Origin: Nanobdellota archaeon
GTDB lineage: Archaea > Nanobdellota > Nanobdellia > SCGC-AAA011-G17 > PNOQ01
DNA: 56,337 bases
NCBI GenBank assembly: GCA_018829185.1
Contig: JAHJUI010000001.1
Coordinates: 1-56,337 of the forward strand
Direction: 5' to 3'
A program made the translations under genes and the position numbers. Shown here in pieces: positions 1-10,092 of this stretch; within the stretch, counting starts at the first letter, position 1; every line of letters starts with the position of its first letter. Under the pieces are notes generated by a model. The model was given only the letters and a program-made list of their open reading frames with translations. It was not told the DNA's origin and ran no database searches.

Positions 1-139
1 AACAGGAATGTTTTGTTTGAAACAAAAATATGGATCTAGTGTTAGCTCCAAATCTGCTAAAACAATCAAAGCAGATTTGTATGGCAGAATGCTCTGCCAC
101 AATTTATTTGGCGCGTTTAGAATGATTTAGGACAGCGCC
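1..139 (+). mobile_element. 3' end of an IS5-like DDE transposase and probable right end of the IS
   Basis: Frame from nt 2 reads TGMFCLKQKYGSSVSSKSAKTIKADLYGRMLCHNLFGAFRMI* (TAG 128-130), resembling the C-terminal (E)xxFxxxKxxxG...HNL segment of IS5/IS4-type transposases. GACAGCGCC (131-139) is a plausible terminal IR. Truncated by the window edge. Confidence 0.65.
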
Positions 140-191
140 GTGATGTATAAAAGATATATAAAACCTGTGTTTTCAAAAATAAAGAAAAAAA

Positions 192-216
192 GGAAAAAGA
201 GCTCACCTCTTTTTCC
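192..216 (-). terminator. Hairpin plus U-tract downstream of ftsZ
   Basis: Perfect 10-bp stem GGAAAAAGAG-N5-CTCTTTTTCC, followed on the minus strand by a long T run. Confidence 0.6.
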
Positions 217-285
217 CAAAAAGCCTCAAAAGCGGGTCGAGTTCTGAGGGAATTAAGGGGGTTAAAACAGAATTTAGTAACCCGC

Positions 286-1371
286 TTATTTGAGCATGTC
301 TATTCCGAGCTCTTGGCCTATTTGCCGAGATTGAGCAGCTGCGGCCCGTCCGTCTGATTTTCCAAGGATGTATGGACTCTTTACACCGGTGATAATACAC
401 ATTATCCTTAGTTTTCCATTCATACTTTCATCAATTCTTGCTCCCCAGATTACATTTGCGTCAGCATCTAGGGCTTCAGTAATCATTTCACCAATCTTAT
501 TAACTTCATCAAGAAGCAAGTCATCTCCACCAGTTATGTGTATCAAAGCTCCGCTAGATCCTTCATAACTTACATCCAGTAACGGATTTGTCAAAGCTCT
601 TTGTACAGCTTCATGTACTCTATTTTCAGTATCTGAATCACCAATACCAATAACAGATACATCTCCATTTGCCATAATTGCTCTTACATCAGCATAATCT
701 AAGTTTACTAATGAAGGTACAGCAATTATTTCTACAATTCCTTTAATCATAGTAGAAATTAGCTCATTAGCAACTGCAAATGCTTGTTTTATTGGTAAAT
801 TTCCAGCGATTTGTACTAATCTATTATTATCTATAACTATAACAGTATCACATACTTGTCTTAATTGTTGTAATCCAAATTCTGCCTTATCACATCTTGC
901 TCTTTCAATATCGAAAGGCATAGTTACAGCAGCTATTACAATACTTCCTTGTTCTTTTGCTACTTGTGCTACAACAGGCGCAGTTCCAGTTCCAGTTCCT
1001 CCCCCTAATCCAGCACAGATAAATACCATGTCTGCTTTGCTAACCATACTCTTTAGTTCTTGAATACTCTCTTGAGCAGATGCACGACCTTTATCAATAA
1101 ATCCACCGCAACCAAGCCCTCTTGTAAGTTCTTTTCCAATTAGGCATTTCTTATCTGCAGAAGTAATATCCAAATGTTGTTTGTCTGTATTAACAGCAGC
1201 TACTTCTGCCCCCTTAATACCTTTTTTGTAAAGCCAGTTAACAATATTGTTTCCAGCTCCCCCAGCACCAAGTACTACTATTTTTGCTTGTCCAACTTCA
1301 AAATCCCCATCAAAAGCTGCTTGGGAATTGTTATCCATGTTTTTTAATGCATCTTGTATAATGAATTCCAT
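286..1371 (-). CDS. ftsZ: Cell division protein FtsZ
   Basis: GAGGAGNN, NTD, GLGGGTGTG tubulin signature, VNLDYADV; 361 aa. Confidence 0.98.
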   Translation of the reverse strand: MEFIIQDALKNMDNNSQAAFDGDFEVGQAKIVVLGAGGAGNNIVNWLYKKGIKGAEVAAVNTDKQHLDITSADKKCLIGKELTRGLGCGGFIDKGRASAQESIQELKSMVSKADMVFICAGLGGGTGTGTAPVVAQVAKEQGSIVIAAVTMPFDIERARCDKAEFGLQQLRQVCDTVIVIDNNRLVQIAGNLPIKQAFAVANELISTMIKGIVEIIAVPSLVNLDYADVRAIMANGDVSVIGIGDSDTENRVHEAVQRALTNPLLDVSYEGSSGALIHITGGDDLLLDEVNKIGEMITEALDADANVIWGARIDESMNGKLRIMCIITGVKSPYILGKSDGRAAAAQSRQIGQELGIDMLK

Positions 1372-1696
1372 TTTTTTCGTTTTCCCCCATAGGTTTTTTT
1401 ATATACTCAATTACAATAAACTTTATATTTGAGTGATTTCATATTTACTTCTAGAAAGAGTTTTTGAAACGCCAATTTCGAAATCTCAGACAAGATAAAT
1501 CAAACTATTAGTAAAATTCGAAAGTTCAAATCACGCACAACCTGAGTTCATCGCCAAATAAATTCAAGTTTAATTGTGAACTTTGCTAGTATATTCTATA
1601 ATTCTGTAAAAATTTATATTTAAAGGTTGCCTAACTACAATCTATATATTCCGGTATATAAATATTCATTAATTTAATTTCCAAATATCCAAAAGA

Positions 1697-2983
1697 ATGG
1701 TTAAATTTAACTTCAATCCCGGAGATAAGATCGAGATAACAACAAAAAAAGAAGCTCTTTCTGGATTATTTATGCCTAGCAAAGAAAATACTTTTATTTT
1801 AAAATTAGACAATGGATACAATCTAGGAATTGATAAAAAAAATATCAAAAAAGTAAAATTATTATCAAAATACAAAGAAAAAAAACCGAAATCTTCTAAA
1901 GTAAAACAAAACTCTAAATTACCCACAATTACAATCTTACATACAGGTGGAACAATTGCTTCTAAAGTTGATTATGAAACAGGGGGAGTAATAGCTAGAT
2001 TTTCACCTGAAGAATTACTGGAAATGTTCCCAGAATTAAAGAAAATTGTCAATCTAAAAAGCAGATTAGTCTCAAATATGTGGTCAGAAGACCTAAACTT
2101 CCAACATTACAATCTACTCGCTAAAGAAGTGGAAAAAGAGGTAAAAGCAGGAGCAGACGGGGTGATTATTACACACGGAACAGATACATTACATTATACT
2201 TCATCCGCTTTAGCATTTATTCTAGAAAACCTAAAAATTCCAGTTATTTTAGTAGGATCTCAGAGAAGTTCAGATAGGGGTTCTTCAGATGCAGCATTAA
2301 ATCTAATTTGTGCTTGTAATTTCATTGCAAACTCTAAATTCCAAGATGTAGCAATCTGCATGCATTCTTCAATGGAAGATGAGTCTTGCTATATTCTTCC
2401 AGCAACTAAGTCAAGAAAACTACATAGCTCCAGAAGAGATGCATTCAAAGCAATAAATACTGATCCAATTGCCTTAGTAGATAAGCAAGGAAAAATTGAA
2501 TATTCCCAAAAAGTAAAACAAAAAAAAGGAAAACTAAACCTAAGACTCTTTAAAGAAGTCAAAGTAGGAATTTTGAAGGCACATCCAAATATGCTTTCAA
2601 AAGAAGTTTCCTTTTACAAAGATTATGATGGATTAATTTTAGAAGGAACAGGATTAGGACATTTTCCAATTAATAAGACAGATAGCTCAACAACAGAAAA
2701 TGAAAAAGTATTTACTGAATTAAAGAAACTGTCTAAAAAAATCCCAGTAGTAATGACATCTCAATGCATTTTCGGAAGAATTAACATGAATGTTTACACA
2801 ACAGGAAGAAAATTACAAGAAATTGGAGTTCTAGGCAATGGTCTTGATATGACAACAGAAACAGCATTCATAAAATTAGCTTGGCTTCTAAGCAATTTCA
2901 AAAAACAAGATGTATTTGAATTAATTTCTGAAAATATTTCTAATGAAATAAATGAAAGAATAAAAGACGATTTCTTAGAATAA
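1697..2983 (+). CDS. gatD: Glu-tRNA(Gln) amidotransferase subunit D
   Basis: N-terminal LKLDNGYNLGI domain plus asparaginase motifs TGGTIAS, THGTDT, GSQRSSDRGSSD. Confidence 0.96.
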   Translation: MVKFNFNPGDKIEITTKKEALSGLFMPSKENTFILKLDNGYNLGIDKKNIKKVKLLSKYKEKKPKSSKVKQNSKLPTITILHTGGTIASKVDYETGGVIARFSPEELLEMFPELKKIVNLKSRLVSNMWSEDLNFQHYNLLAKEVEKEVKAGADGVIITHGTDTLHYTSSALAFILENLKIPVILVGSQRSSDRGSSDAALNLICACNFIANSKFQDVAICMHSSMEDESCYILPATKSRKLHSSRRDAFKAINTDPIALVDKQGKIEYSQKVKQKKGKLNLRLFKEVKVGILKAHPNMLSKEVSFYKDYDGLILEGTGLGHFPINKTDSSTTENEKVFTELKKLSKKIPVVMTSQCIFGRINMNVYTTGRKLQEIGVLGNGLDMTTETAFIKLAWLLSNFKKQDVFELISENISNEINERIKDDFLE

Positions 2984-3006
2984 AAAAAGAAAAAAAGTTA
3001 AAATTT

Positions 3007-3192
3007 TTATTTCTTGAATAGATAAAATATCATATATAGACCTGCTAAACCTACCAAGGCATATACTGTAGTTATCAACCAATCTACTCTAAAGATTGCA
3101 GTAACAAGGTTAAAATCGAATAAACCAAGTCCCCAGTTGATACCACCGATGGTTACCAAAACAAGCACGATCCATTCTAATACATTTCTCAT
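3007..3192 (-). CDS. DUF378-type small membrane protein
   Basis: LVTIGGINWGL...FNLVTAIF...VYALVGLAGL; GGAGGTG RBS upstream. Confidence 0.85.
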   Translation of the reverse strand: MRNVLEWIVLVLVTIGGINWGLGLFDFNLVTAIFRVDWLITTVYALVGLAGLYMIFYLFKK

Positions 3193-3318
3193 GTTGTCAC
3201 CTCCTTTTAAGTCTTAAATAATAATTATACTCTTGTTCTTGACGTTTTTAAAGGTTTCTGATTTCAAAAAACCAATCAAAAGAGTTTTAAAGCTTTCTCT
3301 ATTCATTTTCTTGAAAAA

Positions 3319-4710
3319 ATGACAGATTTAGAACATTTAGACAGACCAGAACTAGAAAAACTAGTGGAAACTTTACAAAGAGATCAAGCACACACATTAG
3401 AATTTTTAAGGACATTTACAAGATCAGATTTTTCAAGGCATACAGAAGAAATGATACAAGAAGTTTTAGCTTATGCCTTAACACAGTCTAATTTAATTTA
3501 TGGAATAAATCGTTCTACTTATTTTGAATATGATACATTTAGCGATTGTTTTGTAGGAAAATATTCCTTGGGCTCAACAACTACCGAAGAATGGTTTGAA
3601 GCAATGCGAGGACTTTTAGAAATAGGAAATATAGAAGAAGTAGTAAAGCAGGGTATTAGTCATTTAGTCCCTTTAGATTTAGTAATTCCGCTTGATTCAC
3701 CATCCATTTTCAAAACTTTAAGAAACGAAAGAAAGTCTTATCTTGGGCAACCAATAGAATATACAGAAGTAGATAAAAAGGTAGTAGGACAGTTAGGAGA
3801 ACCTTTTGTAGCAATCACATTAAAAGGTGCAGAAGGAAAAACTATTGGTTTTATTTATGGAAGCAATCTCGTTACACATGATCCAATAGAAATTTCAAAT
3901 GAGCAATTAGATTCTTTTAATAGTATAAGATATCCCGCGGCTCAAAGATTAGAATTCATAAAAATTAACCAAGAAATAAAACATAAAAGAATCCAATTAA
4001 GCAGAGGGGTGGGTGCAGCACGAGTAGCCCATGATATAAGAAATAAGTTAGTTGTTGTAATAGGGGGAAATGTTAATCTTCTAACACGCCTAATGGAAGA
4101 AAAAGATTGGGAAGCTACAAAAGAACCAATAGAGGTTATATTGGAGGAAGTAAATTTAATTGATATGGAACTTAGACAAATAATGGACTTTTCAATACCG
4201 GCAAATCCAAAACCAGAAAAATTTAACTTACTTCCAGATCTTAGAACTCTAGTAGAAAGTACAGTTAATGCATGTCCCCATTTAGACAGGAAAAGACCAG
4301 ATTATGAAATAGATTCAGATGTTCCAGAGTTATGTATTTATGCAGATCGTAGTCATCTAACTAGGAATGTATTATCTAATTTGATTAGTAATGCAGTAGA
4401 TGCAATCTGTGATGAAAGAACAGCTGCAGGATATGTGGCCGGAGTGCCCAATATTTTAAAAATAAAAGTTAAGGCAGCAGAACAAGGCCGAATAATAATA
4501 AAGAATAGGTAGTATATGGAACCAGATATTTTAGCTAGATTAGAGTCCGGAGAAGGGTTTGGAACCACAAAAGGGGAACGTGGAACAGGATTAGGTTTTT
4601 CAATAGCTATGAAATATGCACTAGAAAACAATTGTGGGTTGGAAATAAGTAGTGATGAAACAAAAGGAACAAAAGTTTGTTTATCAATTCCTTACGATTC
4701 CCCAGAATAA
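3319..4710 (+). pseudogene. Sensor histidine kinase interrupted by one in-frame TAG (4510-4512)
   Basis: H-box AHDIRNKL and N-box NLISNAVDA lie before the stop; TTKG...GTGLGF G2-box lies after it in the same frame (ORF 4516-4710). Confidence 0.8.
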
Positions 4711-4746
4711 AAACTTTTATAAAATCATAAAATAAAATTTCTATTA

Positions 4747-5823
4747 ATGGAAAAAGTTTCAATTGTCAAGTGTAATAACTATAATAATAAAATAATAAGA
4801 AAAGCATTATTAGATTCTTTAAAAAATATTGATTTCCATTTTAAAAAAGGAAGTAAAGTTCTAATAAAACCAAATTTAATTGCTCCGCAAAAGAAAGAAG
4901 CAGGAGTAACAACTCACCCCGTTATTGTTGAAGAACTTTGCAAAATCCTAAAAGAGCACAAATGCAAAATATTTATTGGGGAAAGTGCAGCCTTCAATAC
5001 AGATATAGCGTTTAAAACTTGTGGGCTTGAAAAGTTAAAAAAATATGCTACTTTAATTAATTTTGAAGGAGATAAGAAAAAGTTTGTTACGTTAGCAGGT
5101 GTAAAAAAAGTTCCTCTTGCAAAATCATTATTTGATGTTGACTTAGTTGTTAATGTCCCAAAACTAAAAACACATTGTTTGATGCAAACAACATTATGCG
5201 TAAAAAATCTTTACGGCTGCATCCCAGGAAACTTAAAAGCAATTTACCATAAAACAATACCTAATAATCAAAAATTTGGAAAGTTCTTATTAGCAATTGA
5301 AGAAAAAATAAATCCTCAATTAAATATAATTGATGGAGTTTTAGCTTTAGAAGGAAATGGTCCTGGAGCATCTGGAAAACCAATAAAAGCAAATGTAATA
5401 ATTACTGGAAAAAATGCAAGAGCAATAGACATTGTAGCTTCTGAATTTATGGGATTTAAATCCAATCAGATTATCACAAATAAATATTCAAAAATTAAGA
5501 AAAAAGATATTCAAGTTGTTGGGTCTGCTAAAGATAAAAAAATGAAATTCCTAAGACCCCAAACATTCTATGGTCCATTAGCTCATTGGATAGCCGGACT
5601 TTTAGCTAAACATAAGATAGATTTTGATTACGATAAATGTACTAAATGTGGAACATGTGAAAGACAATGCCCAGTAAAGGCAATAAAATTAGATCCTTAC
5701 CAAAAATGTGACCATAAAAAATGTATTCTTTGCTTATGTTGTATAGAAGTTTGCCCAGCAAAGGCAATTTGTCTAAAAGAACATTGGTCTGTAAAAGTTA
5801 TTAGAAAATTAACTAAAACTTAA
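4747..5823 (+). CDS. DUF362 protein with C-terminal 2x[4Fe-4S] ferredoxin domain
   Basis: VLIKPNL, TTHP, PKLKTH, KNLYG, EGNGP; two CxxCxxCxxxCP motifs. Confidence 0.9.
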   Translation: MEKVSIVKCNNYNNKIIRKALLDSLKNIDFHFKKGSKVLIKPNLIAPQKKEAGVTTHPVIVEELCKILKEHKCKIFIGESAAFNTDIAFKTCGLEKLKKYATLINFEGDKKKFVTLAGVKKVPLAKSLFDVDLVVNVPKLKTHCLMQTTLCVKNLYGCIPGNLKAIYHKTIPNNQKFGKFLLAIEEKINPQLNIIDGVLALEGNGPGASGKPIKANVIITGKNARAIDIVASEFMGFKSNQIITNKYSKIKKKDIQVVGSAKDKKMKFLRPQTFYGPLAHWIAGLLAKHKIDFDYDKCTKCGTCERQCPVKAIKLDPYQKCDHKKCILCLCCIEVCPAKAICLKEHWSVKVIRKLTKT

Positions 5824-6146
5824 GCAGCACATTCACAAGCAGTTAGAGACTCATTAACAGCATCTAATTCATCATTAAAAACAACTTTATTCCTTGCTTT
5901 TATTCTATGTGCAAAAGGACACTCTTCAATATGATATTTATTACTTGCTTTTGAAGAAACATATTTTTTCTTTTTAGTTTTTTTATTTTCTATTTTTTCA
6001 ATTTTAGCACTTAATTCATTTACTGCTTGCATAATTGTTCTTTGAGAGGCTCTCATTCCCATAATATCATTTTGCAATGCAAGTACATCACTTCTAACTA
6101 AAGCAAAAGAATACTTTACATTGTCCTCAATTTGTTCGGTTTTCAT
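5820..6146 (-). CDS. Coiled-coil protein with C-terminal Ada-type Zn-binding motif
   Basis: YVSSKASNKYHxxxCPFAxRI...CxC pattern. Confidence 0.65.
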   Translation of the reverse strand: MKTEQIEDNVKYSFALVRSDVLALQNDIMGMRASQRTIMQAVNELSAKIEKIENKKTKKKKYVSSKASNKYHIEECPFAHRIKARNKVVFNDELDAVNESLTACECAA

Positions 6147-6152
6147 TTTGAT

Positions 6153-6515
6153 TTAACCCTCATAATTTAAAATTTCCATGGGAGATGTTGAAGAATCAAT
6201 AGGATAGCCCATACTTTTAGCATATGCATCCATTACAACCCTTTCTATTTTTTGGTAAACCTTTTCTGGGTTTTCTATCATTTCAGGGTTTTCTATCATT
6301 TCTGGGGTTATCTCAAGTTTTGCCAGTAAATTTTCTATATTGACTCTCCTTTCTCCCCAAAGAATTGGCTTTCCATCCTCTTCAAGGACATCGGTTAAAC
6401 CATATTTTGAATTACATCCTACAGCAAAAAGCTTGCCCTCTGGCATACCTGGAAGGTTCTCTCCATCAGTTCTTCCATATCTTAATGGAATTTGATAAAA
6501 TTCGTCGTTTTTCAT
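6153..6515 (-). CDS. Hypothetical protein (contains PEMIEN tandem duplication)
   Basis: 120-aa ORF with TATA-like element upstream; no recognised family. Confidence 0.6.
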   Translation of the reverse strand: MKNDEFYQIPLRYGRTDGENLPGMPEGKLFAVGCNSKYGLTDVLEEDGKPILWGERRVNIENLLAKLEITPEMIENPEMIENPEKVYQKIERVVMDAYAKSMGYPIDSSTSPMEILNYEG

Positions 6516-6595
6516 ACCTTAAATATTGGTTTTACCCTTTATAAACATTTCTATTTGTAACTACTGTATAGAAATAACACAATCATAACCGCAGT

Positions 6596-7078
6596 TTAAC
6601 TCATCTTTTTCATTCTTTTTAACATGTCTTTTGTATTGCCTTCAATAAAAATTAAATCTTTACTTACTTTAAAACCTCTTTTTTCATGCCAACTTAAGGG
6701 AAATTTTTTATTTTTAAAGGTAATAGATTCAGACTTAACACAGTTATATTTTTTTACTGCTTTACTATACAAAGCTTTACCTAACTCCAAACCAGCACCA
6801 GACTTTTGATAATCTGGATGAACAAAAATGTCTCCATTAACTAAATGGTTACCATCGCTCCAAGGGACAACAGAAGCAAAATAACCACCAACAATTTTTC
6901 CATCTATCTCGGCCAAAAAAGCTAAATCTGGTTGTTTTTTAAGCATGTGGTTCAAATACTTTTCAGCTTGCTTTGTAGTCCATTTTTCTCCAGAATATTT
7001 TTTAGTATAAGTTTGAGAATAAATCTTAGCTAATTCTTTTATATCTTCTTTTTTAGCATTGCGTATTTTTAAGGCCAT
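6596..7078 (-). CDS. GNAT family N-acetyltransferase
   Basis: IRNAKKEDI start, IFVHPDYQKSGAG acetyl-CoA motif A, HEKRGF. Confidence 0.88.
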   Translation of the reverse strand: MALKIRNAKKEDIKELAKIYSQTYTKKYSGEKWTTKQAEKYLNHMLKKQPDLAFLAEIDGKIVGGYFASVVPWSDGNHLVNGDIFVHPDYQKSGAGLELGKALYSKAVKKYNCVKSESITFKNKKFPLSWHEKRGFKVSKDLIFIEGNTKDMLKRMKKMS

Positions 7079-7152
7079 TAAAATAATTAAACCTTATTAG
7101 TTTTTAAAACTTTTGAAAACACTTATAAACAATCAAACTTAGTTTCTAATCA

Positions 7153-7668
7153 ATGGATAATAAAAAGCTAGGAATAATATTAATTGTAGTTTGTATAGCC
7201 TTAGGTTTTTTAATATTCAATTTTAATAATCAATTAAATGATCAAGCAGAAGCAAGTTGCAGTTGCTCTGAGATGGAAGATGGTGGTTTTTGTCCGCATG
7301 AAGAAACAACACCATGGTTTACTTACCTCGGAATAATTTTGCTTGCAGGATTGGTTGCATTGGGAATTTACTTAATATTCTTTGAAAAATCACAAAAAGA
7401 AATAGTTTCAACTTTAGAAAAACAAAAAGAAGATTTAAACCAAGAAGAGAAATTTAATATTTTATTAATGGGGTTAGACTCTTATGAGAAAAAAGTAATA
7501 AAAGCTATCAAAGAACAAGACGGAATAACTCAACAAACATTAAGATTAAGAACAGATTTACACAAATCAAAATTGAGTATAGTATTAGAGGGCTTAGAGA
7601 AAAAAGGCCTAATAGCAAGAAAAGAAAAAGGAAAAACAAAACAAGTCTTCCTGAAAATAGCCCTATAA
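7153..7668 (+). CDS. Membrane-anchored wHTH (MarR-like) regulator
   Basis: Two TM segments around a CxC...CPH loop; C-terminal GITQQTLRLRTDLHKSKLSIVLEGLEKKGLI. Confidence 0.8.
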   Translation: MDNKKLGIILIVVCIALGFLIFNFNNQLNDQAEASCSCSEMEDGGFCPHEETTPWFTYLGIILLAGLVALGIYLIFFEKSQKEIVSTLEKQKEDLNQEEKFNILLMGLDSYEKKVIKAIKEQDGITQQTLRLRTDLHKSKLSIVLEGLEKKGLIARKEKGKTKQVFLKIAL

Positions 7669-7780
7669 ACGATAAGACCCAAGAATTCTTAAGATAAACC
7701 CTCTTTTTGACCTTCAGTTTCAGCCCCTAGATATATATCCAAGCTTACCTAGTAAATACTGGATAGCTAGGAGGTGAAAT

Positions 7781-7990
7781 ATGAAAAAAAACAATTTGAT
7801 TGCAGTTGTGATTGTAGCGTTATTGATTGTAGGAACGATTTTCGTTTCAGCTGCATTTCAAGAAGAAAAGGAAGAGTTTTCTGTAAAAGAACCACAAACT
7901 TGTGGAAATCCTCAACAAACTTGCGGACAAGATACTTGCAAACAAGAATGTGGGGGAAATTGCGGAATCCCTAACTGCGGTTGCAGTTAA
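7781..7990 (+). CDS. Small exported Cys-rich protein
   Basis: GGAGGTG RBS; hydrophobic N-terminus; 7 Cys in the last ~30 aa (CGGNCGIPNCGC). Confidence 0.75.
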   Translation: MKKNNLIAVVIVALLIVGTIFVSAAFQEEKEEFSVKEPQTCGNPQQTCGQDTCKQECGGNCGIPNCGCS

Positions 7991-8007
7991 CTCTTTTCTT
8001 TTTCTTT

Positions 8008-8298
8008 TTAATGAATTTCTTCTAATCTTTTTGCTAATCCATTGGCTTCACGTGTAAGAATTCCAATTTGGCTGCTAGGACGATCTATTCCTGCAAACAT
8101 CTCAGACAAACAGTCAATACAACTATAAGCATAGCCCAAATATTCTCTTGCAGCATTATAATTGCCAGACAGTATATATTCCTCGGCTTGATCTAAATTT
8201 TTTCTAGCACTTCTCTCTTGCAAACCCATATTCCTACGAAAAGGTTTATACTTTCTCTCCCACCTAGTAGAGCGAGCAAGTTTCTTTAAAGCATCCAT
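8008..8298 (-). CDS. Hypothetical protein
   Basis: 96-aa ORF filling the intergenic gap. Confidence 0.55.
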   Translation of the reverse strand: MDALKKLARSTRWERKYKPFRRNMGLQERSARKNLDQAEEYILSGNYNAAREYLGYAYSCIDCLSEMFAGIDRPSSQIGILTREANGLAKRLEEIH

Positions 8299-8337
8299 TG
8301 CAAGAAAAAAGAGAATAAGAAATGTTTTTAAAGTTTT

Positions 8338-10092
8338 CTAAGAATAATAATATTCTCCTTTACTTCTTTGCTCTTTATCTAATTGACTATCTCCTTTATT
8401 AATTCTAGGACGATTAGTATCTTTATCCTTACGATAAGTAATATCTAACATTTTCAAAACACGATTCATTCCTTCTCTTTTTGTACAAGGACCATAAACT
8501 TCACCATTTACAGAAGGAACACCCTCAAAAACTAACATTGAATCAGCAATATACTCAGTAAATTGAACATCATGATCAACAACAATTGCAGCTTTCTCTT
8601 TCTTAAGAATAAATTCTTTAATAACTTCTGCAACTTTTAATCTATCTTCAACATCAATAAAAGCAGAAGGTTCATCTAAAGCATATAGCTCTGCTTCATT
8701 CCCAAGACAAACAGCAATGTAAACTTTCTGTAATTCACCACCACTTAAACTTGAAATTTCAGAATCAATAACTTTCAACAAACCTAATTTCTCAAGAATA
8801 TTTTGTTTATACCAGCCAGTTTTATAATCTTTTGACTTTTCTAACCATTCCCTAACAGTTCCTTTCACAATTTCTGGATATTGTTCCTTATATGAAATTT
8901 TAATCTTATCAATTTTTCCAGTAGTTGGCTTTTCCAAACCAGCTAATAATTTTAAGAAAGTAGTTTTACCTAAACCATTAGCACCCATTACAGCCATTAC
9001 CTCAGCTTTGTGAACATTGCCTTTATTTGTTTTTAATTCAAAACCTTTAAACTTTTTTTCAAGTTCTGGAAATTCAAATAAGATTGCTGGTTCAGTAGTC
9101 TTGCCTTCAGGTGCTTTTGCAAAAACAATACCATAGTCTCTAAATCTAACATTATCATCTGGTAAAAATCCATCTAAATATTCATTAATACCTCTTCGAA
9201 CTCCCTTGCTTTGTGAAACAACACCATAACCAGCTTGTTTACCATAAAGAATTTGTATTTCATCAGAAATATAATCTAATGTAGCTAAATCATGTTCAAC
9301 AACCATAACAGCAGAATCTTTTGATAATTCTCTAATCAACTTTGCAACTTTTATTCTAGAAGTAACATCTAAGAAACTTGCAGGTTCATCAAAGAAATAA
9401 AAATCAGCTTTTTTAACCATTGCAGCAATAATAGCAACCTTTTGCATTTCTCCACCACTTAATTTACTTAAATGTCTATCCATTAAATGATCTAATTGTA
9501 ATTCTTTAACAAGTTTATTACTTTGTTTTCTTTCATCAATTTTTTCTAACAAATCTTTAACTTTTCCTTTGTAAAGTTTTGGCAATAATTCAATTCTTTG
9601 TGGTTTGTAAGAAACTTTTAATTTTCCATTATATAATTTTTTAAAATATTCATGCATAGCAGTTTTAGAAAAATGCTTGATTACTTTTTCTTTATTTCCT
9701 TCTTCAGAATAATCTCCTAAATTTGGAATTAAATTTCCAGATAATATCTCTAAAGCAGTGGATTTACCAATTCCATTTCTTCCAAGTAAGCCAACAACAG
9801 TTTTTTCTTTTGGAATAGGTAAACGAAATAACTCAAAATTATTTTTTCCAAATCTTTGGACTGGTTCTTCTTTTAACTTTTCTGGAAGATTAATAATTTG
9901 TATTGCTTGGAACGGACAGCGATTTTGGCAGATTCCACAACCATTACACAACATTTCATCAATAGCCGGTTTGTCTCTTTCTTGAGTAATACATTCTTTT
10001 CCAGTTCTATTTACCGGACAAACCCTCATACAAAGAAAGTTACCACAACTAATGGGATTACATTTCTGTTTGTTAATAATTGCTATTCTCAT
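8338..10092 (-). CDS. rli: Ribosome recycling ATPase ABCE1/RLI1
   Basis: N-terminal Fe-S Cys clusters, two ABC domains (GRNGIGKS, GANGLGKT, LSGGE), RPRINK C-terminus. Confidence 0.97.
   Translation of the reverse strand: MRIAIINKQKCNPISCGNFLCMRVCPVNRTGKECITQERDKPAIDEMLCNGCGICQNRCPFQAIQIINLPEKLKEEPVQRFGKNNFELFRLPIPKEKTVVGLLGRNGIGKSTALEILSGNLIPNLGDYSEEGNKEKVIKHFSKTAMHEYFKKLYNGKLKVSYKPQRIELLPKLYKGKVKDLLEKIDERKQSNKLVKELQLDHLMDRHLSKLSGGEMQKVAIIAAMVKKADFYFFDEPASFLDVTSRIKVAKLIRELSKDSAVMVVEHDLATLDYISDEIQILYGKQAGYGVVSQSKGVRRGINEYLDGFLPDDNVRFRDYGIVFAKAPEGKTTEPAILFEFPELEKKFKGFELKTNKGNVHKAEVMAVMGANGLGKTTFLKLLAGLEKPTTGKIDKIKISYKEQYPEIVKGTVREWLEKSKDYKTGWYKQNILEKLGLLKVIDSEISSLSGGELQKVYIAVCLGNEAELYALDEPSAFIDVEDRLKVAEVIKEFILKKEKAAIVVDHDVQFTEYIADSMLVFEGVPSVNGEVYGPCTKREGMNRVLKMLDITYRKDKDTNRPRINKGDSQLDKEQRSKGEYYYS

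Noticed and set aside
1372-1696. ncRNA or small gene upstream of ftsZ
   Set aside because: Only short inverted repeats (AAAGTTCA/TGAACTTT) and very short minus-strand ORFs; not enough to call.
4510-4512. Genome-wide TAG recoding or pyrrolysine
   Set aside because: TAG ends other genes normally (for example 16332, 30474, 41585) and no pyl genes are in the window.
7774-7974. Alternative-frame 66-aa ORF
   Set aside because: Its GTG is part of the RBS of the 7781 ORF, which has a coherent signal peptide.
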